52,301 nt of DNA from Patescibacteria group bacterium (GCA_041666485.1 JBAYGW010000006.1:1-52301), one strand, 5' to 3'. Positions 7,986-17,972 are shown, counted from the stretch's first letter. Translations and numbers: made by a program. The notes: generated by a model not told the origin, from the sequence alone.

Positions 7986-9059
7986 ATGATTGGAAAAGTA
8001 GACGATAATTTAACCCCGCAAGAGACAGAATCCCAGCAATGGGAAAACGAAGTAGAGAAAGTTTTTTCTAATGTAGAATATTTACAAGGACCGGAAGCTA
8101 GAAAACAACGTGATAATTTTTCGCAAAATGATTCTAAATTAAAAGAGCGAACCAGAAATGCAGAAGTTTTGTTTAGATACTTAAAAAGATATACTGGCAA
8201 GGAAGTAGCTATTAGAGAAGTGAGCAAAGGCATATTTGAAATATCTTTTGAAAATTCACCAAACCAAATTCCGGAATTGCCGGAAGGATATGGTTACAAG
8301 GGGGGTGCTGCTAGGGCTCATTTAGAGTCTACTTTAGGTATCAAGCAATCATCTGTTAGAGATTTGGATATAGTATTTTTAGGTAAAACAGAAAACAAAG
8401 AAGTGACAGACATGCTCGCTCGTGAATATATGCCTGAAGATTATGAGAATGGTTACGGAGTTGAAAGTTTGGATTCTGATTATTTTGACACACGTGATTT
8501 TACGATAAATGAAGTGTACGTCGGAGACAGACATAATATAATAGCAACACAACAATGTATCTTAGATACAATTCGCAGAATTTTACGTGTTACTGAATTT
8601 GAAAAGAAAGATCGTATTTACGATGAGGGGGATTACTGGGTCAATCCTAAAATACTCGCCAAAGCTTTACGGTTATTAGCACAAGAAACTTCCAGAGGCC
8701 AAGTAATGGAATTTGCAGACAGAGACGCTGTGGGATGGATTGGTATAGATAGCTTCCATATGGCATTACATTTGGACCGCGCCATGGGACAAAGCCAAGA
8801 TACAGCTTATAATTATATACAAGAGCTTATTGATAATGGGCAATTACCCTCAGATATCAATACACCTGAATTAGCGGCAGACTACCTTAAAGCAGACCTT
8901 TATGATTTTGTATTCAAAGCTCCAAGATTTAAAGGAGTTGATAGTGGTCTGACTGGTGAAGATGAGCTTATATATTGGGAAGAAGAATTTGGTGAACTTG
9001 TTGATCTACCTACTTTTCAGAGTTTTTCTAAATCACCACAAAATAAATTGCAAAAATAG
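7986..9059 (+). CDS. Putative nucleotidyltransferase, distantly CCA-adding enzyme / poly(A) polymerase head-domain-like
   Basis: KGGAARAHL...VRDLDIVF resembles GGxVRD...DxD. TRDFTINEVYV resembles the RRDFTINA motif of that family. This is recognition by eye only. Confidence 0.4.
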   Translation: MIGKVDDNLTPQETESQQWENEVEKVFSNVEYLQGPEARKQRDNFSQNDSKLKERTRNAEVLFRYLKRYTGKEVAIREVSKGIFEISFENSPNQIPELPEGYGYKGGAARAHLESTLGIKQSSVRDLDIVFLGKTENKEVTDMLAREYMPEDYENGYGVESLDSDYFDTRDFTINEVYVGDRHNIIATQQCILDTIRRILRVTEFEKKDRIYDEGDYWVNPKILAKALRLLAQETSRGQVMEFADRDAVGWIGIDSFHMALHLDRAMGQSQDTAYNYIQELIDNGQLPSDINTPELAADYLKADLYDFVFKAPRFKGVDSGLTGEDELIYWEEEFGELVDLPTFQSFSKSPQNKLQK

Positions 9060-9107
9060 TTATTAATAAGTTCGTATCTTTACCCCGCACCCTTTAGTGG
9101 TGCGGGA

Positions 9108-9134
9108 CCTCCCTCTCCGCCAAAATTGAAAATC
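9108..9134 (+). repeat. Direct repeat of the tRNA-Ser 3' end (att-like), copy 3
   Basis: CCTCCCTCTCCGCCAAAATTGAAAATC, preceded by the hairpin CCCGCACC-ctttagt-GGTGCGGG. Confidence 0.7.
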
Positions 9135-9176
9135 GCATTTTAAAGACATTCTTGATCATTATTAAAGTACAATAAT

Positions 9177-9803
9177 ATGATAAGTCAACAAGAAAAAATA
9201 ATACCTCAGCAACAGATACCGAAACAAAAACCAAAATTAAAATTCATTCCTTTAATAATCACCTTGGGGCTTTTTATTGTCGCTATATTAGCTGGCAAAG
9301 GATATATTACATTACCTAAAATAAATTTTCTTTCAGATGTCTACGAAATTACACCTGATGCAACAGTCGGAGTTCCGTGTAGTTATGAATTTTCCGAATT
9401 AATTTCTTTTTTAGATACAAGGAATAATGGCAACACAGATATATATACATTTTATCTCGGTTCAGGCGTTGGGTTTCCTCCAATGGGGCTTATCCTTGGT
9501 ATTGATGGTGTATTAAAAGGCACGCCCACAGCAGAGGGCCTCAGCAAGTTTCAAGTTTGTGTCAAAGATGTTGGTGGAAATTCTACATGCAGAACATACT
9601 CTTTAAGAGTAAATCCTGCTAATACTTCCAATAATACTACCTGCCCCACAACATCAAACCCACCTTGTGGTTCATCGGAAAACGGCATAGCTGTAATGGG
9701 AGTAATTGTACCTGCCTCATGCAGCTGTCCGAGTGACACTGATTTTGCCCAGATGGATAATATAACAGCCGGCGGTCCATATAAAATCTGTACCTGTAAA
9801 TAA
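9177..9803 (+). CDS. Membrane-anchored or secreted protein with an Ig-like segment and a Cys-rich C-terminus
   Basis: N-terminal TM FIPLIITLGLFIVAILAG. GVLKGTPTAEGLSKFQVCVKDVGG resembles the 'putative Ig' repeat pattern. The C-terminal ~60 aa carry 7 Cys. Confidence 0.5.
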   Translation: MISQQEKIIPQQQIPKQKPKLKFIPLIITLGLFIVAILAGKGYITLPKINFLSDVYEITPDATVGVPCSYEFSELISFLDTRNNGNTDIYTFYLGSGVGFPPMGLILGIDGVLKGTPTAEGLSKFQVCVKDVGGNSTCRTYSLRVNPANTSNNTTCPTTSNPPCGSSENGIAVMGVIVPASCSCPSDTDFAQMDNITAGGPYKICTCK

Positions 9804-9863
9804 TTCAACTAATTTCCAAATATCTCTGGATGTTGACCTGAACAACCCAGTAATTTAATAATG

Positions 9864-9895
9864 AAAAAATACCTGCAAGAAAGCAAGTATTTTTT
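9864..9895. terminator. Bidirectional terminator between convergent genes
   Basis: A-run, then stem ATACCTGC (9869-9876) / GCAAGTAT (9883-9890) with one mismatch, then a T-run to 9895. Confidence 0.6.
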
Positions 9896-9926
9896 ATATC
9901 TTTGTGAGAAATATTATATTCTCAAA

Positions 9927-10478
9927 TTATTGACTATCAACAGAATCATTAACTTCTGTTGAATCAATTGGCTTACCTATTTTGAAGATTTTAATTATAC
10001 CCCAACTGATCAGCAGATAAACAAAGGCTGCCACCAAGGTTGACCATTCAAAATAAGAAGTTGTTTCAACCCCTTCAGCAGTAGAAGCGCCAAAGACATT
10101 TAGAAATGGCCCGGCAAAAGGCATACTTACACCGTAAATCAACTTAGTAAACCCTGCATCAGGATTTGCACCAAGGATTCTCATTACAAAACGGAATGCA
10201 AGAACTATCTCTATAAATCCTAACAGGTACCAAACGACTTGATAAGCATGAAATAGTGTCTTCTTTTGTTGGTAATCTTTTGCTGCGCTAGGTGTAACGC
10301 CAACAGTTTGCTCTGTCTTTGTTGACTCACTTGTTGGTGTTGATGTTGAAGTCGATACTGTTTGGGCAGTTTGAGTCGGACCAACAGAAGTAGACTTTCT
10401 TATTGTTTGTTCAGAATTGGCATCTGAAACCTTTGTCAATTCCTCCTCACTGCGCGATGTGCTTAAATTTGGGTCCAT
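9927..10478 (-). CDS. YggT-family-like membrane protein with a low-complexity Thr/Ser-rich N-terminus
   Basis: YQVVWYLLGFIEIVLAFRFVMRILGANPDAGFTKLIYGVSMPFAGPF fits the YGGT pattern (RF.l..lgAnp.n.F...iY..s.P...PF). A second TM lies at the C-terminus. Confidence 0.5.
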   Translation of the reverse strand: MDPNLSTSRSEEELTKVSDANSEQTIRKSTSVGPTQTAQTVSTSTSTPTSESTKTEQTVGVTPSAAKDYQQKKTLFHAYQVVWYLLGFIEIVLAFRFVMRILGANPDAGFTKLIYGVSMPFAGPFLNVFGASTAEGVETTSYFEWSTLVAAFVYLLISWGIIKIFKIGKPIDSTEVNDSVDSQ

Positions 10479-10775
10479 ATTTTTTTGGGTTAGATTGGCA
10501 CCGATCTAGCAGTGCGCCCCATTAAATTTGGAGCTTATGTATTAAGCGTACTCTCCTAACCAATATTTAGCAAAGATTTTGATAAATTAGCCTTATTAAC
10601 AGCAAATTTGATTAAGTATTGAATTTAACAGTCTGATTTCCAGATTATTGTCTCCTTTCTAACAATCAACTTATCATTTGGTAGTATTTTTAATTATTTA
10701 GATTTGTTATAATTAACTCTCAAGAGGAAATAGTATTTTCTTCATATCTTTAATTGTTATGATAGTAAACATTTA

Positions 10776-11948
10776 ATGCCAAGCAAAAAAAAATTTTTAC
10801 GAATTATTTTCTACATCGCCGCGGCTTTAGTGTTACGTTTTATAATCGTGAACCAAGTTTTGGAAGCCACTGAGACATGGTGGATACAAGCTGTTTCGAT
10901 AATAATCATCTTTGGAATTGGAATCGGTTATGTTTTCCGCGGTACGGCAAAAGTGATTGAAGAAACTACTGAAGTATTAAAAGACCGGACAAAATTGGCC
11001 GGCGGGTTTCTGCAGGCATTCGGAACCGCTTTTCCGGACATGGTAATCGGCGTGGTTGCCGCATTTATTTCCCTGCAAGTTAGAGATACGGATTATGTGC
11101 GGGCGATCAATTTGGCGATTATTGCCGCCTCCACCACCTTTGGTTCTAATATTTATAATATTGTGCACGCAACCTGGTGCGTTTACCGGCAGAATTTGGC
11201 AAATTTGAAAAGTAAGGCTGTATTAATGTTTCCAAAAATAAAAGCAGGGGGGCTTGTCAGACCGCTTAGTGAACATAATGTGAAGCCATCAATAAATGAG
11301 ATGGACGGCGCAATCCGCGTTCTGACAGCTTTGACTATGTTGACCGCATTTGTCGCTGTTAGCATGGTCTTATTCGGACAGGTTGAGAATAAAACAGAAC
11401 AAATCCCCGGAGACTTATACCAGCTTATCTTACCTGTCGGTATAGCTTTATTTATCTTTTGTGCCGGAATTCTTTATTACTTCCGCAAAAGTGAACTTCC
11501 TGATTCTCCCGATAAAATTATCATTGAAGAAAAAAGATACTATGATCATCAGCGTACGGCAAGAATTATATTTGATCTAATACTGTCCGGCATTGCTATT
11601 TTATTTGCAGCAGAGAGCATGATTAAGGCGATGGAAATTTTTTCGCAATTAACTCACATCCCCTTCGTCGTCACCGGCATTATGGCCGGATTAATCGGCT
11701 GTTTTGGCGAGATGTTAGTGGTCCATAATTTTTCCGTCAATCCGAAAGGCCGTATCGGCGATGCCATCGTCGGTGTGGCTATGGATAATATTGTCACGAC
11801 CTTAGGCGCGGCGATTGTGGCGATCATGGGTGGTATCTTTCTGGGCAGTAATTCACTGATTTTAATCTTTATAATAATTCTAACCGCCAATACCCTGCTG
11901 ATTGAACAGATTTCCAAATTAAAAAACAGTTTACAGGTTATTAAATAA
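10776..11948 (+). CDS. Polytopic membrane protein, Na+/Ca2+-exchanger (YrbG-like) family candidate
   Basis: About 10 hydrophobic segments. An alpha-repeat-like motif FGTAFPDMVIGVVAA and a second GLIGCFGEMLVV resemble GTS(L)PE repeats. Confidence 0.45.
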   Translation: MPSKKKFLRIIFYIAAALVLRFIIVNQVLEATETWWIQAVSIIIIFGIGIGYVFRGTAKVIEETTEVLKDRTKLAGGFLQAFGTAFPDMVIGVVAAFISLQVRDTDYVRAINLAIIAASTTFGSNIYNIVHATWCVYRQNLANLKSKAVLMFPKIKAGGLVRPLSEHNVKPSINEMDGAIRVLTALTMLTAFVAVSMVLFGQVENKTEQIPGDLYQLILPVGIALFIFCAGILYYFRKSELPDSPDKIIIEEKRYYDHQRTARIIFDLILSGIAILFAAESMIKAMEIFSQLTHIPFVVTGIMAGLIGCFGEMLVVHNFSVNPKGRIGDAIVGVAMDNIVTTLGAAIVAIMGGIFLGSNSLILIFIIILTANTLLIEQISKLKNSLQVIK

Positions 11949-11952
11949 CATA

Positions 11953-12519
11953 ATGGCTGTAGATATAGTAAAACTATCAAAAGAATTAATGTATAAGCAG
12001 ACTGAGAAAAATCAGGCGCCTGCTTGGCTTTTGACTGAAATTGCAATTAAAAAAGGCGAGGTACTTTCAAAAAAATATCATGTTGATGGAAAACTTGTGT
12101 TGACCTCGTTATATCTTGCCCACACAATTTTCAGCCCCGTTTGGAATGGTGCTATCCAAAAAAAGCATCCGGAACTAAGTGCTAAATTTGCCAAAAAATA
12201 TTTAGACAAATGGGGTATTAATGACGATGATCAAAAAATCATACTGAACTCTATTAAAGCTCACCATAATAAAGTCCCCACTCAATCAAAAATTGCAGAA
12301 GTTGTAAAAAATGCGGAATGTTTTAAATTTGTAACTACCGAAGGAGCTTTAATTTTGTTGCATGAATTAGGGCGACGACAAGTATCTTATGAAGAAGCGG
12401 TCGGTAAAGTAATAATCAAAATGGAACAAAAAAAGAGCCTGATAACTCTGATTGACTGTGTAGAAGAAGCTGATAAAAATTGCAAAATAATACTGAAAAT
12501 TTTTAACAAAAAGTCCTGA
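11953..12519 (+). CDS. Hypothetical protein (188 aa)
   Basis: Clean ORF starting 5 nt after the previous stop. I recognised no confident motif. Confidence 0.5.
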   Translation: MAVDIVKLSKELMYKQTEKNQAPAWLLTEIAIKKGEVLSKKYHVDGKLVLTSLYLAHTIFSPVWNGAIQKKHPELSAKFAKKYLDKWGINDDDQKIILNSIKAHHNKVPTQSKIAEVVKNAECFKFVTTEGALILLHELGRRQVSYEEAVGKVIIKMEQKKSLITLIDCVEEADKNCKIILKIFNKKS

Positions 12520-12601
12520 ATTGCCTGGATATCGCGGGTATTCCATCCGAATTTCAAGATAGCCGGCTGCGGATCTAGCTTAATAAATTGAAGGCCCAGA
12601 A

Positions 12602-13717
12602 ATGATTTTGATAAAAGAAATAAGTAGTGTCTCCGAGATCAAGAAATTTGTAAAATTCCCCTGGAGTATTTATCAAGACGATGCTAACTGGGTTGCGCCC
12701 TTGATCCAGGACCAGATGAATTTTTTCAATCCGAAAAAAAATCCGTTCTATCACCATTCACGGGTACAACTGATTATGGCCTATGAAAACGGAAAACCGG
12801 TCGGAAGGCTTAGTGTGCACGAAAACACGCTCCACGTAAAAAGGCATGGGGAGCCTGTAGGATTTTTTGGGTTTTTTGAATGCATAAATGATTATGCGGT
12901 AGCCAAAGCAATGTTTGACTACGCCAAAAAATGGCTGAAAGAAAAAAATTACTCCATAATGCGCGGCCCCGCTAATTTTACGATCAATGGGGAATATGCA
13001 TTATTGGTTGATGGGTTCAGTCAACCGCCGATGGTTATGATGACCTACAATCCGCCGTATTATTTAAAACTATTGGAACAATACGGCTTTACCTCAGCTC
13101 AAAGTATGTATGCCTTCAGCAAAAGTTGTACGGATCCGCTCCCCGAAAACGTCCTGACTATGGCAAACGAGGTTGAGCAGAAATATCCCGACTTGGTTAT
13201 CAGAAAAGCCGATCTGTCAGATCTGGAAAATGAAATCAAGATTGTACACCAGATATATGCCCAAGCTTGGGATGAGAACTGGGGCGCAGCACCGATGAGC
13301 GAGGGAGAAATACTGAAGCTGGCCGATGACCTTAAACATATCCTTGACCCGGATATTGCATTCATTATGGAGTACCATGGGCAGCCAATCGGATTTTCCC
13401 TGTCCATCCCGAACGCTAACGAAGCGCTGCGTAGCGCTAACGGGCGGCTGTTCCCGCTGGGCCTTCTGAAGATTCTCTGGAAGAAGCGTAAAATAAAAAC
13501 TTTTCGTGTTTTGGTAATGGGCGTTTTAAAAGAACACCGCCACCACGGTTTTGACGCCGTATTCTACAAGAAAACTTGGGAACAGGCGAAGAAAAAAGGA
13601 TATCGCTGGGCGGAAATGTCCATGATTAATGAATCCAATATTCCCATGCGCCGTGTGCTGGAATGGTTGGGAGCAAAGGTGTATAAAACCTACCGGATGT
13701 ATGATCGTCATTTGTAA
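12602..13717 (+). CDS. GNAT-like N-acetyltransferase-family protein (long ~370-aa form)
   Basis: The N-terminal pattern FVKFPWSIYQDDANWVAPL...NPFY...GKPVGRLSVHEN and the C-terminal FRVLVMGVLKEHRHHGFDAVFY (acyl-CoA-binding-like) resemble a widespread uncharacterised GNAT-fold family. Confidence 0.5.
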   Translation: MILIKEISSVSEIKKFVKFPWSIYQDDANWVAPLIQDQMNFFNPKKNPFYHHSRVQLIMAYENGKPVGRLSVHENTLHVKRHGEPVGFFGFFECINDYAVAKAMFDYAKKWLKEKNYSIMRGPANFTINGEYALLVDGFSQPPMVMMTYNPPYYLKLLEQYGFTSAQSMYAFSKSCTDPLPENVLTMANEVEQKYPDLVIRKADLSDLENEIKIVHQIYAQAWDENWGAAPMSEGEILKLADDLKHILDPDIAFIMEYHGQPIGFSLSIPNANEALRSANGRLFPLGLLKILWKKRKIKTFRVLVMGVLKEHRHHGFDAVFYKKTWEQAKKKGYRWAEMSMINESNIPMRRVLEWLGAKVYKTYRMYDRHL

Positions 13718-13796
13718 CTCCAATAAGTAGTTGACGTTACGTTGATCAAATAATACAATTAATATAGACGAACATTATATTAATGAGTGTAATTCT

Positions 13797-14450
13797 ATGA
13801 AAAAACTCGCGCTAATCTTGGGTGCAATTGTAATTGCTCTTTTTTGTTTAGTGGTCGGGAATTGGTATTTCAGCAAATCGGGAGCACCTGCCACAGGAGC
13901 GATCTCTGAAACCGAAGCCGTTGATACGCTAAAAACCCGCTTCCCGGAATTAAAGTCATACCCAAGCGACAACCTGCCGTCAAAATCCGTCGCGACGGAA
14001 AAAGCCGACGACGGTTGGTATATAGCCTTTGTTCAGGAAGGATCCGGCGTACCGGTTATTGACGCGCAGTGTTTTTTAATTAAAAATGATAAAACTTTTT
14101 CGCGCATAAACTATGTTCCGCAAAACAACACAGTCACCGGAAAATTTTCCGCAAAGGAATGCATGTTAATCACAAATACTGATGATGGAAATGTGAATAG
14201 TAACTGTGCGCTGGAAACATGCCACGGATTAAATATAAAGTGCGGTGCTAACCCCCCAGAGGCCTGTACAATGATGTACGCAATCGGTGATAAATGTTTA
14301 CAATATGCCGAATGTGGCATCCAAAACGGTGAATGCCAACCGATTCAAAATTCTCAATTTACACAGTGCGCGTCATGCGTTCAAAACTGCATTGATACTT
14401 TTGCTGATGATAATATAGGGTTGTTTGAATGCGAAAGTAATTGCAATTAA
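13797..14450 (+). CDS. Secreted or anchored Cys-rich protein
   Basis: N-terminal TM/signal LALILGAIVIALFCLVVG. The C-terminal ~90 aa contain 15 Cys. Confidence 0.5.
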   Translation: MKKLALILGAIVIALFCLVVGNWYFSKSGAPATGAISETEAVDTLKTRFPELKSYPSDNLPSKSVATEKADDGWYIAFVQEGSGVPVIDAQCFLIKNDKTFSRINYVPQNNTVTGKFSAKECMLITNTDDGNVNSNCALETCHGLNIKCGANPPEACTMMYAIGDKCLQYAECGIQNGECQPIQNSQFTQCASCVQNCIDTFADDNIGLFECESNCN

Positions 14451-14494
14451 TTGGATAGATAATAAGCTTAGTTATTATTAACAGCTAAAAAAAT

Positions 14495-15130
14495 ATGAAG
14501 AAACATGTGATTAATATAGCTGGCGTACTATTTATTGCCCTGTTTTTATCTGGCTGTGGGAATACGTCCAACCAGAATACAAACCAAAAAGCAAACACAA
14601 ATACTCAAACCAACAATCAAACAGTGACACAGGTTGATAATACCTCTAACGGGAAGGATGCTGATGGTTTTGTCCGAATGCCGGGCGAACCCAGTCGTGG
14701 CGATGATGCATATTATATTACTGGTGAAATATGCGAACAGTTCACAAAAAGTTTTATGGAAAGCTTACTTGGAAAAGATATTATTAAAGCCGCGCCAACT
14801 AATTCAGAAACTACGAACTGCCAATATGATCTAAGTGCTCCGGATTCACACGGCGTGACAACAAACATACTTCTGAGTCTTTCGTATCTTTCAATTGACA
14901 ATCAGGTCAAAGGGCATGAATTGATGGACCGCACTGCTAATTCTGACCCGTCTATTCCTGTTGACAATTACGTAATAAAACAGGAAAATGGTCTGATTAA
15001 TGAGATATATCTAGTGCTTAATCCCAATAAATTTATCAGCATAAATCGCAGTTCTGCTAATGCATTAAGTGAAGCTGATGTATTGTTACTTGCACAAAAA
15101 CTAGGACAAAAAATAAAAGACTTCAAATAG
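14495..15130 (+). CDS. Lipoprotein with an Asn/Thr/Gln-rich linker
   Basis: Lipobox FLSGC, followed by NTSNQNTNQKANTNTQTNNQT. Confidence 0.6.
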   Translation: MKKHVINIAGVLFIALFLSGCGNTSNQNTNQKANTNTQTNNQTVTQVDNTSNGKDADGFVRMPGEPSRGDDAYYITGEICEQFTKSFMESLLGKDIIKAAPTNSETTNCQYDLSAPDSHGVTTNILLSLSYLSIDNQVKGHELMDRTANSDPSIPVDNYVIKQENGLINEIYLVLNPNKFISINRSSANALSEADVLLLAQKLGQKIKDFK

Positions 15131-15166
15131 TACCAAAAGATAATCAATAATTAACTACTATCACGT

Positions 15167-16111
15167 ATGAAAAAGTTAGCGGTGGTGGCATTTGGCGGCA
15201 ATGCCCTTTTAAGGAGTGACCAGGCGGGGACCATTGAAGAGCAGGAAAAAAACGCGCTGGATACCTGCGAACGTTTGTTATTATTAATCAATCACGGATA
15301 CAATGTAGTACTCACACATGGTAACGGCCCGCAGGTCGGTAATATTCTACTGGCAAATTCAGCGGGAAAGCAAATTCACAATTTACCTGAAATGCCCCTG
15401 GATATTTGTGTTGCCTATTCACAAGGATTTATCGGCTATGTTCTGGAACAGCAACTGCGTAATGTGCTTCGTGCTCATGAATTGGATCGTGACATCATTA
15501 CTATTATTACTCAGGTGCTGGTTGATAAAGACGACCAGGCATTCCAAAACCCCACCAAGCCGGTCGGGCCGTATTATTCCAAAACAGATGCCGACAAATT
15601 GGCCGCTGAAACCGGCGCAATATATAAAGAGGATCCGCGCGGACGCGGTTTCCGTAAAGTAGTGGCATCTCCCAAGCCGCTCGTCATCAGTAACCAGCGT
15701 TCCATAGCCAATCTCGCGCGGGACGGGCAGATTGTGATCGCTGTCGGCGGAGGAGGAATACCGACGCATTATGTGGCAGAAGACAAGTTAGAGGGAATTG
15801 ATGCGGTAATTGATAAAGACCTGGCATCCGCTCTTTTGGCAGGAAACATTAATGCCGATAAGTTATTTATTCTCACGGATGTACCAAAAGTCTGCATCAA
15901 TTATAATACTCCAAAAGAGAAGGCCATTGACCGGATGAGCGTGAAACAGGCCAAACAGTACCTTGAAGAAGGTCATTTTGCCGAAGGTTCCATGGCACCC
16001 AAAATCCGCGCAGCTATACATTTTGTGAAACATACCGGTCGCGATGCGATCATCACTTCACCAGAAGTATTGGGCGTGGATGACGGCGGAACCAGGGTTT
16101 CAATTATCTAA
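15167..16111 (+). CDS. arcC: Carbamate kinase
   Basis: Motifs VVAFGGNALL, THGNGPQVGNILL and AVGGGGIP, with the typical length of 314 aa. Confidence 0.85.
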   Translation: MKKLAVVAFGGNALLRSDQAGTIEEQEKNALDTCERLLLLINHGYNVVLTHGNGPQVGNILLANSAGKQIHNLPEMPLDICVAYSQGFIGYVLEQQLRNVLRAHELDRDIITIITQVLVDKDDQAFQNPTKPVGPYYSKTDADKLAAETGAIYKEDPRGRGFRKVVASPKPLVISNQRSIANLARDGQIVIAVGGGGIPTHYVAEDKLEGIDAVIDKDLASALLAGNINADKLFILTDVPKVCINYNTPKEKAIDRMSVKQAKQYLEEGHFAEGSMAPKIRAAIHFVKHTGRDAIITSPEVLGVDDGGTRVSII

Positions 16112-16140
16112 AACATCTTACCCCGATTACCCAACTTGGT

Positions 16141-17379
16141 ATGAACTCAAAATACGATGTTATTGTTATCGGGGGAGGCGCATCTGGAATGATGGCCGCC
16201 GGGCGGGCGGCTGAACGGGGGCGCTGGGTTTTGTTATTGGAAAAAAATAATCATCTGGGCAACAAACTGGCGCTGACCGGCGGCGGCCGATGTAATATAT
16301 GTAATGCTGAAGAGAATAAAAAACTACTCTTGAAAAATTACGGCAAAGCGGAAAAATTCCTCTATTCCCCTTTTTCACAGTTCGGTGTAGATGATACATT
16401 CAATTTTTTCGCATCGCACAGTTTACCTTTAATAATTGAAACAAATCAACGTGCTTTTCCTAAAACAGAAAAAGCCACGGATGTCATCCGCGTTTTAGAA
16501 CGCTATATGCGGCAAAATAACGTAACCGTACAAATAAACACCGAGGTACGGGGTTTTACAGTAAAAGAGAAGCAAATCACCGGCGTGATGATTAACGGCA
16601 AAACAGTTTTTGCTGAATCGTATATACTAGCAACCGGTGGTAAATCACACCCCGAAACCGGATCAACCGGCGACGGGTTTCATTGGCTTACTGAACTGGG
16701 GCATCAAGTTGCCGAGCCTACCCCGACCATTGTTCCGCTAGCCACACAGGATCAATGGATTAAAAAACTAGCCGGTACATCATTGGATGACGTGAAAATT
16801 ACATTTTTTGCGGCAGGAAGAAAAAGCTTTGCAATAAAAGGCAGGATTCTCTGCACCCACTTCGGTATTTCCGGACCAATTATTCTCAATTCATCGGCAA
16901 AAGTTGCTGATCTGTTGCACAAAGGCAAAGTTACCGCCAATATTGATTTATTCCCTCAAATGGACCTCGGCAAATTAGATAAATATATTACAAAAATTTT
17001 TGACAGTAATAAAAACAGGAGTTTCAAAAGTGTAACTAAACTTTTTACTCCGTCAGGAACGAATTCGGCCATATTATCATTATTACCGCAAATCAATCCG
17101 GAGAAGAAAATACACAGCATCAGTAAACAGGAACGAAAACAATTGGTGAATCTACTGAAAAGTCTTTCGGTTACTATTACCGGTTTAATGGGATATGAAC
17201 GCGCAGTCGTAGTTGACGGCGGCCTGTCCATTGAAGAAGTTGATGCCAGAACAATGAGATCTAGAAAGCACAGCAATCTGTATATTACAGGGGATCTTTT
17301 ACATATCTCACGGCCATCGGGCGGATTTTCATTGCAACTATGTTGGACAACCGGCTGGATCGCAGGAAACAACGCTTAA
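16141..17379 (+). CDS. FAD-dependent oxidoreductase, HI0933/BaiN-like family
   Basis: Motifs YDVIVIGGGASGMMAA (Rossmann GxGxxG) and LTGGGRCNICN, characteristic of the HI0933 family. Confidence 0.75.
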   Translation: MNSKYDVIVIGGGASGMMAAGRAAERGRWVLLLEKNNHLGNKLALTGGGRCNICNAEENKKLLLKNYGKAEKFLYSPFSQFGVDDTFNFFASHSLPLIIETNQRAFPKTEKATDVIRVLERYMRQNNVTVQINTEVRGFTVKEKQITGVMINGKTVFAESYILATGGKSHPETGSTGDGFHWLTELGHQVAEPTPTIVPLATQDQWIKKLAGTSLDDVKITFFAAGRKSFAIKGRILCTHFGISGPIILNSSAKVADLLHKGKVTANIDLFPQMDLGKLDKYITKIFDSNKNRSFKSVTKLFTPSGTNSAILSLLPQINPEKKIHSISKQERKQLVNLLKSLSVTITGLMGYERAVVVDGGLSIEEVDARTMRSRKHSNLYITGDLLHISRPSGGFSLQLCWTTGWIAGNNA

Positions 17380-17406
17380 ATAAAAAAATATTAACTAAAT
17401 AAATAT

Positions 17407-17889
17407 ATGATAAAAAAATATTTTTCCATCATCAGCATCATACTAATGGCATTTTTTGCGCTCGGGTGTACAAAAAAAACGGAACAAACGCAAAATCAAG
17501 ATATCAATACCAATACTGTATCCACGCAGAACCAAAACATAAATACCAACACCGCAAAAACTGAAAACAAACTTTGCGATTGGATTGATGAGTCAGACAT
17601 TATCATCAAAATAAATTTTGCCGACGGCGTAGTTAAAGACACTTCGTACGAAGCGGGTTTCTATTACAGTGCAATCGGATCTACAATGCGTCTGGCCCGT
17701 TCAGGCTGTGATTACCGCACCGGCTTCAGTTATGAAGAATTAAAAAACGCCGGGGCAGTACAGGTCGGCGTACGCGGTTATACCGACAGCAACCGGAGGC
17801 AGATTCTCGGAGAGCCAATCAATGTCATCTTAGACGCCAATGGGAAACCGGATATTGGATCATATATTGAAGTCACTATTACCGACTAA
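17407..17889 (+). CDS. Lipoprotein with an Asn/Thr/Gln-rich linker
   Basis: Lipobox ALGC, followed by TQNQDINTNTVSTQNQNINTNT. The architecture matches 14495..15130. Confidence 0.6.
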   Translation: MIKKYFSIISIILMAFFALGCTKKTEQTQNQDINTNTVSTQNQNINTNTAKTENKLCDWIDESDIIIKINFADGVVKDTSYEAGFYYSAIGSTMRLARSGCDYRTGFSYEELKNAGAVQVGVRGYTDSNRRQILGEPINVILDANGKPDIGSYIEVTITD

Positions 17890-17972
17890 GTCTTAACATC
17901 AATATTTCAATTTGCATTATTACACAACATCCCTGACAAGGTGTATAATAACACCTGCGTAAAGATAAAAAT

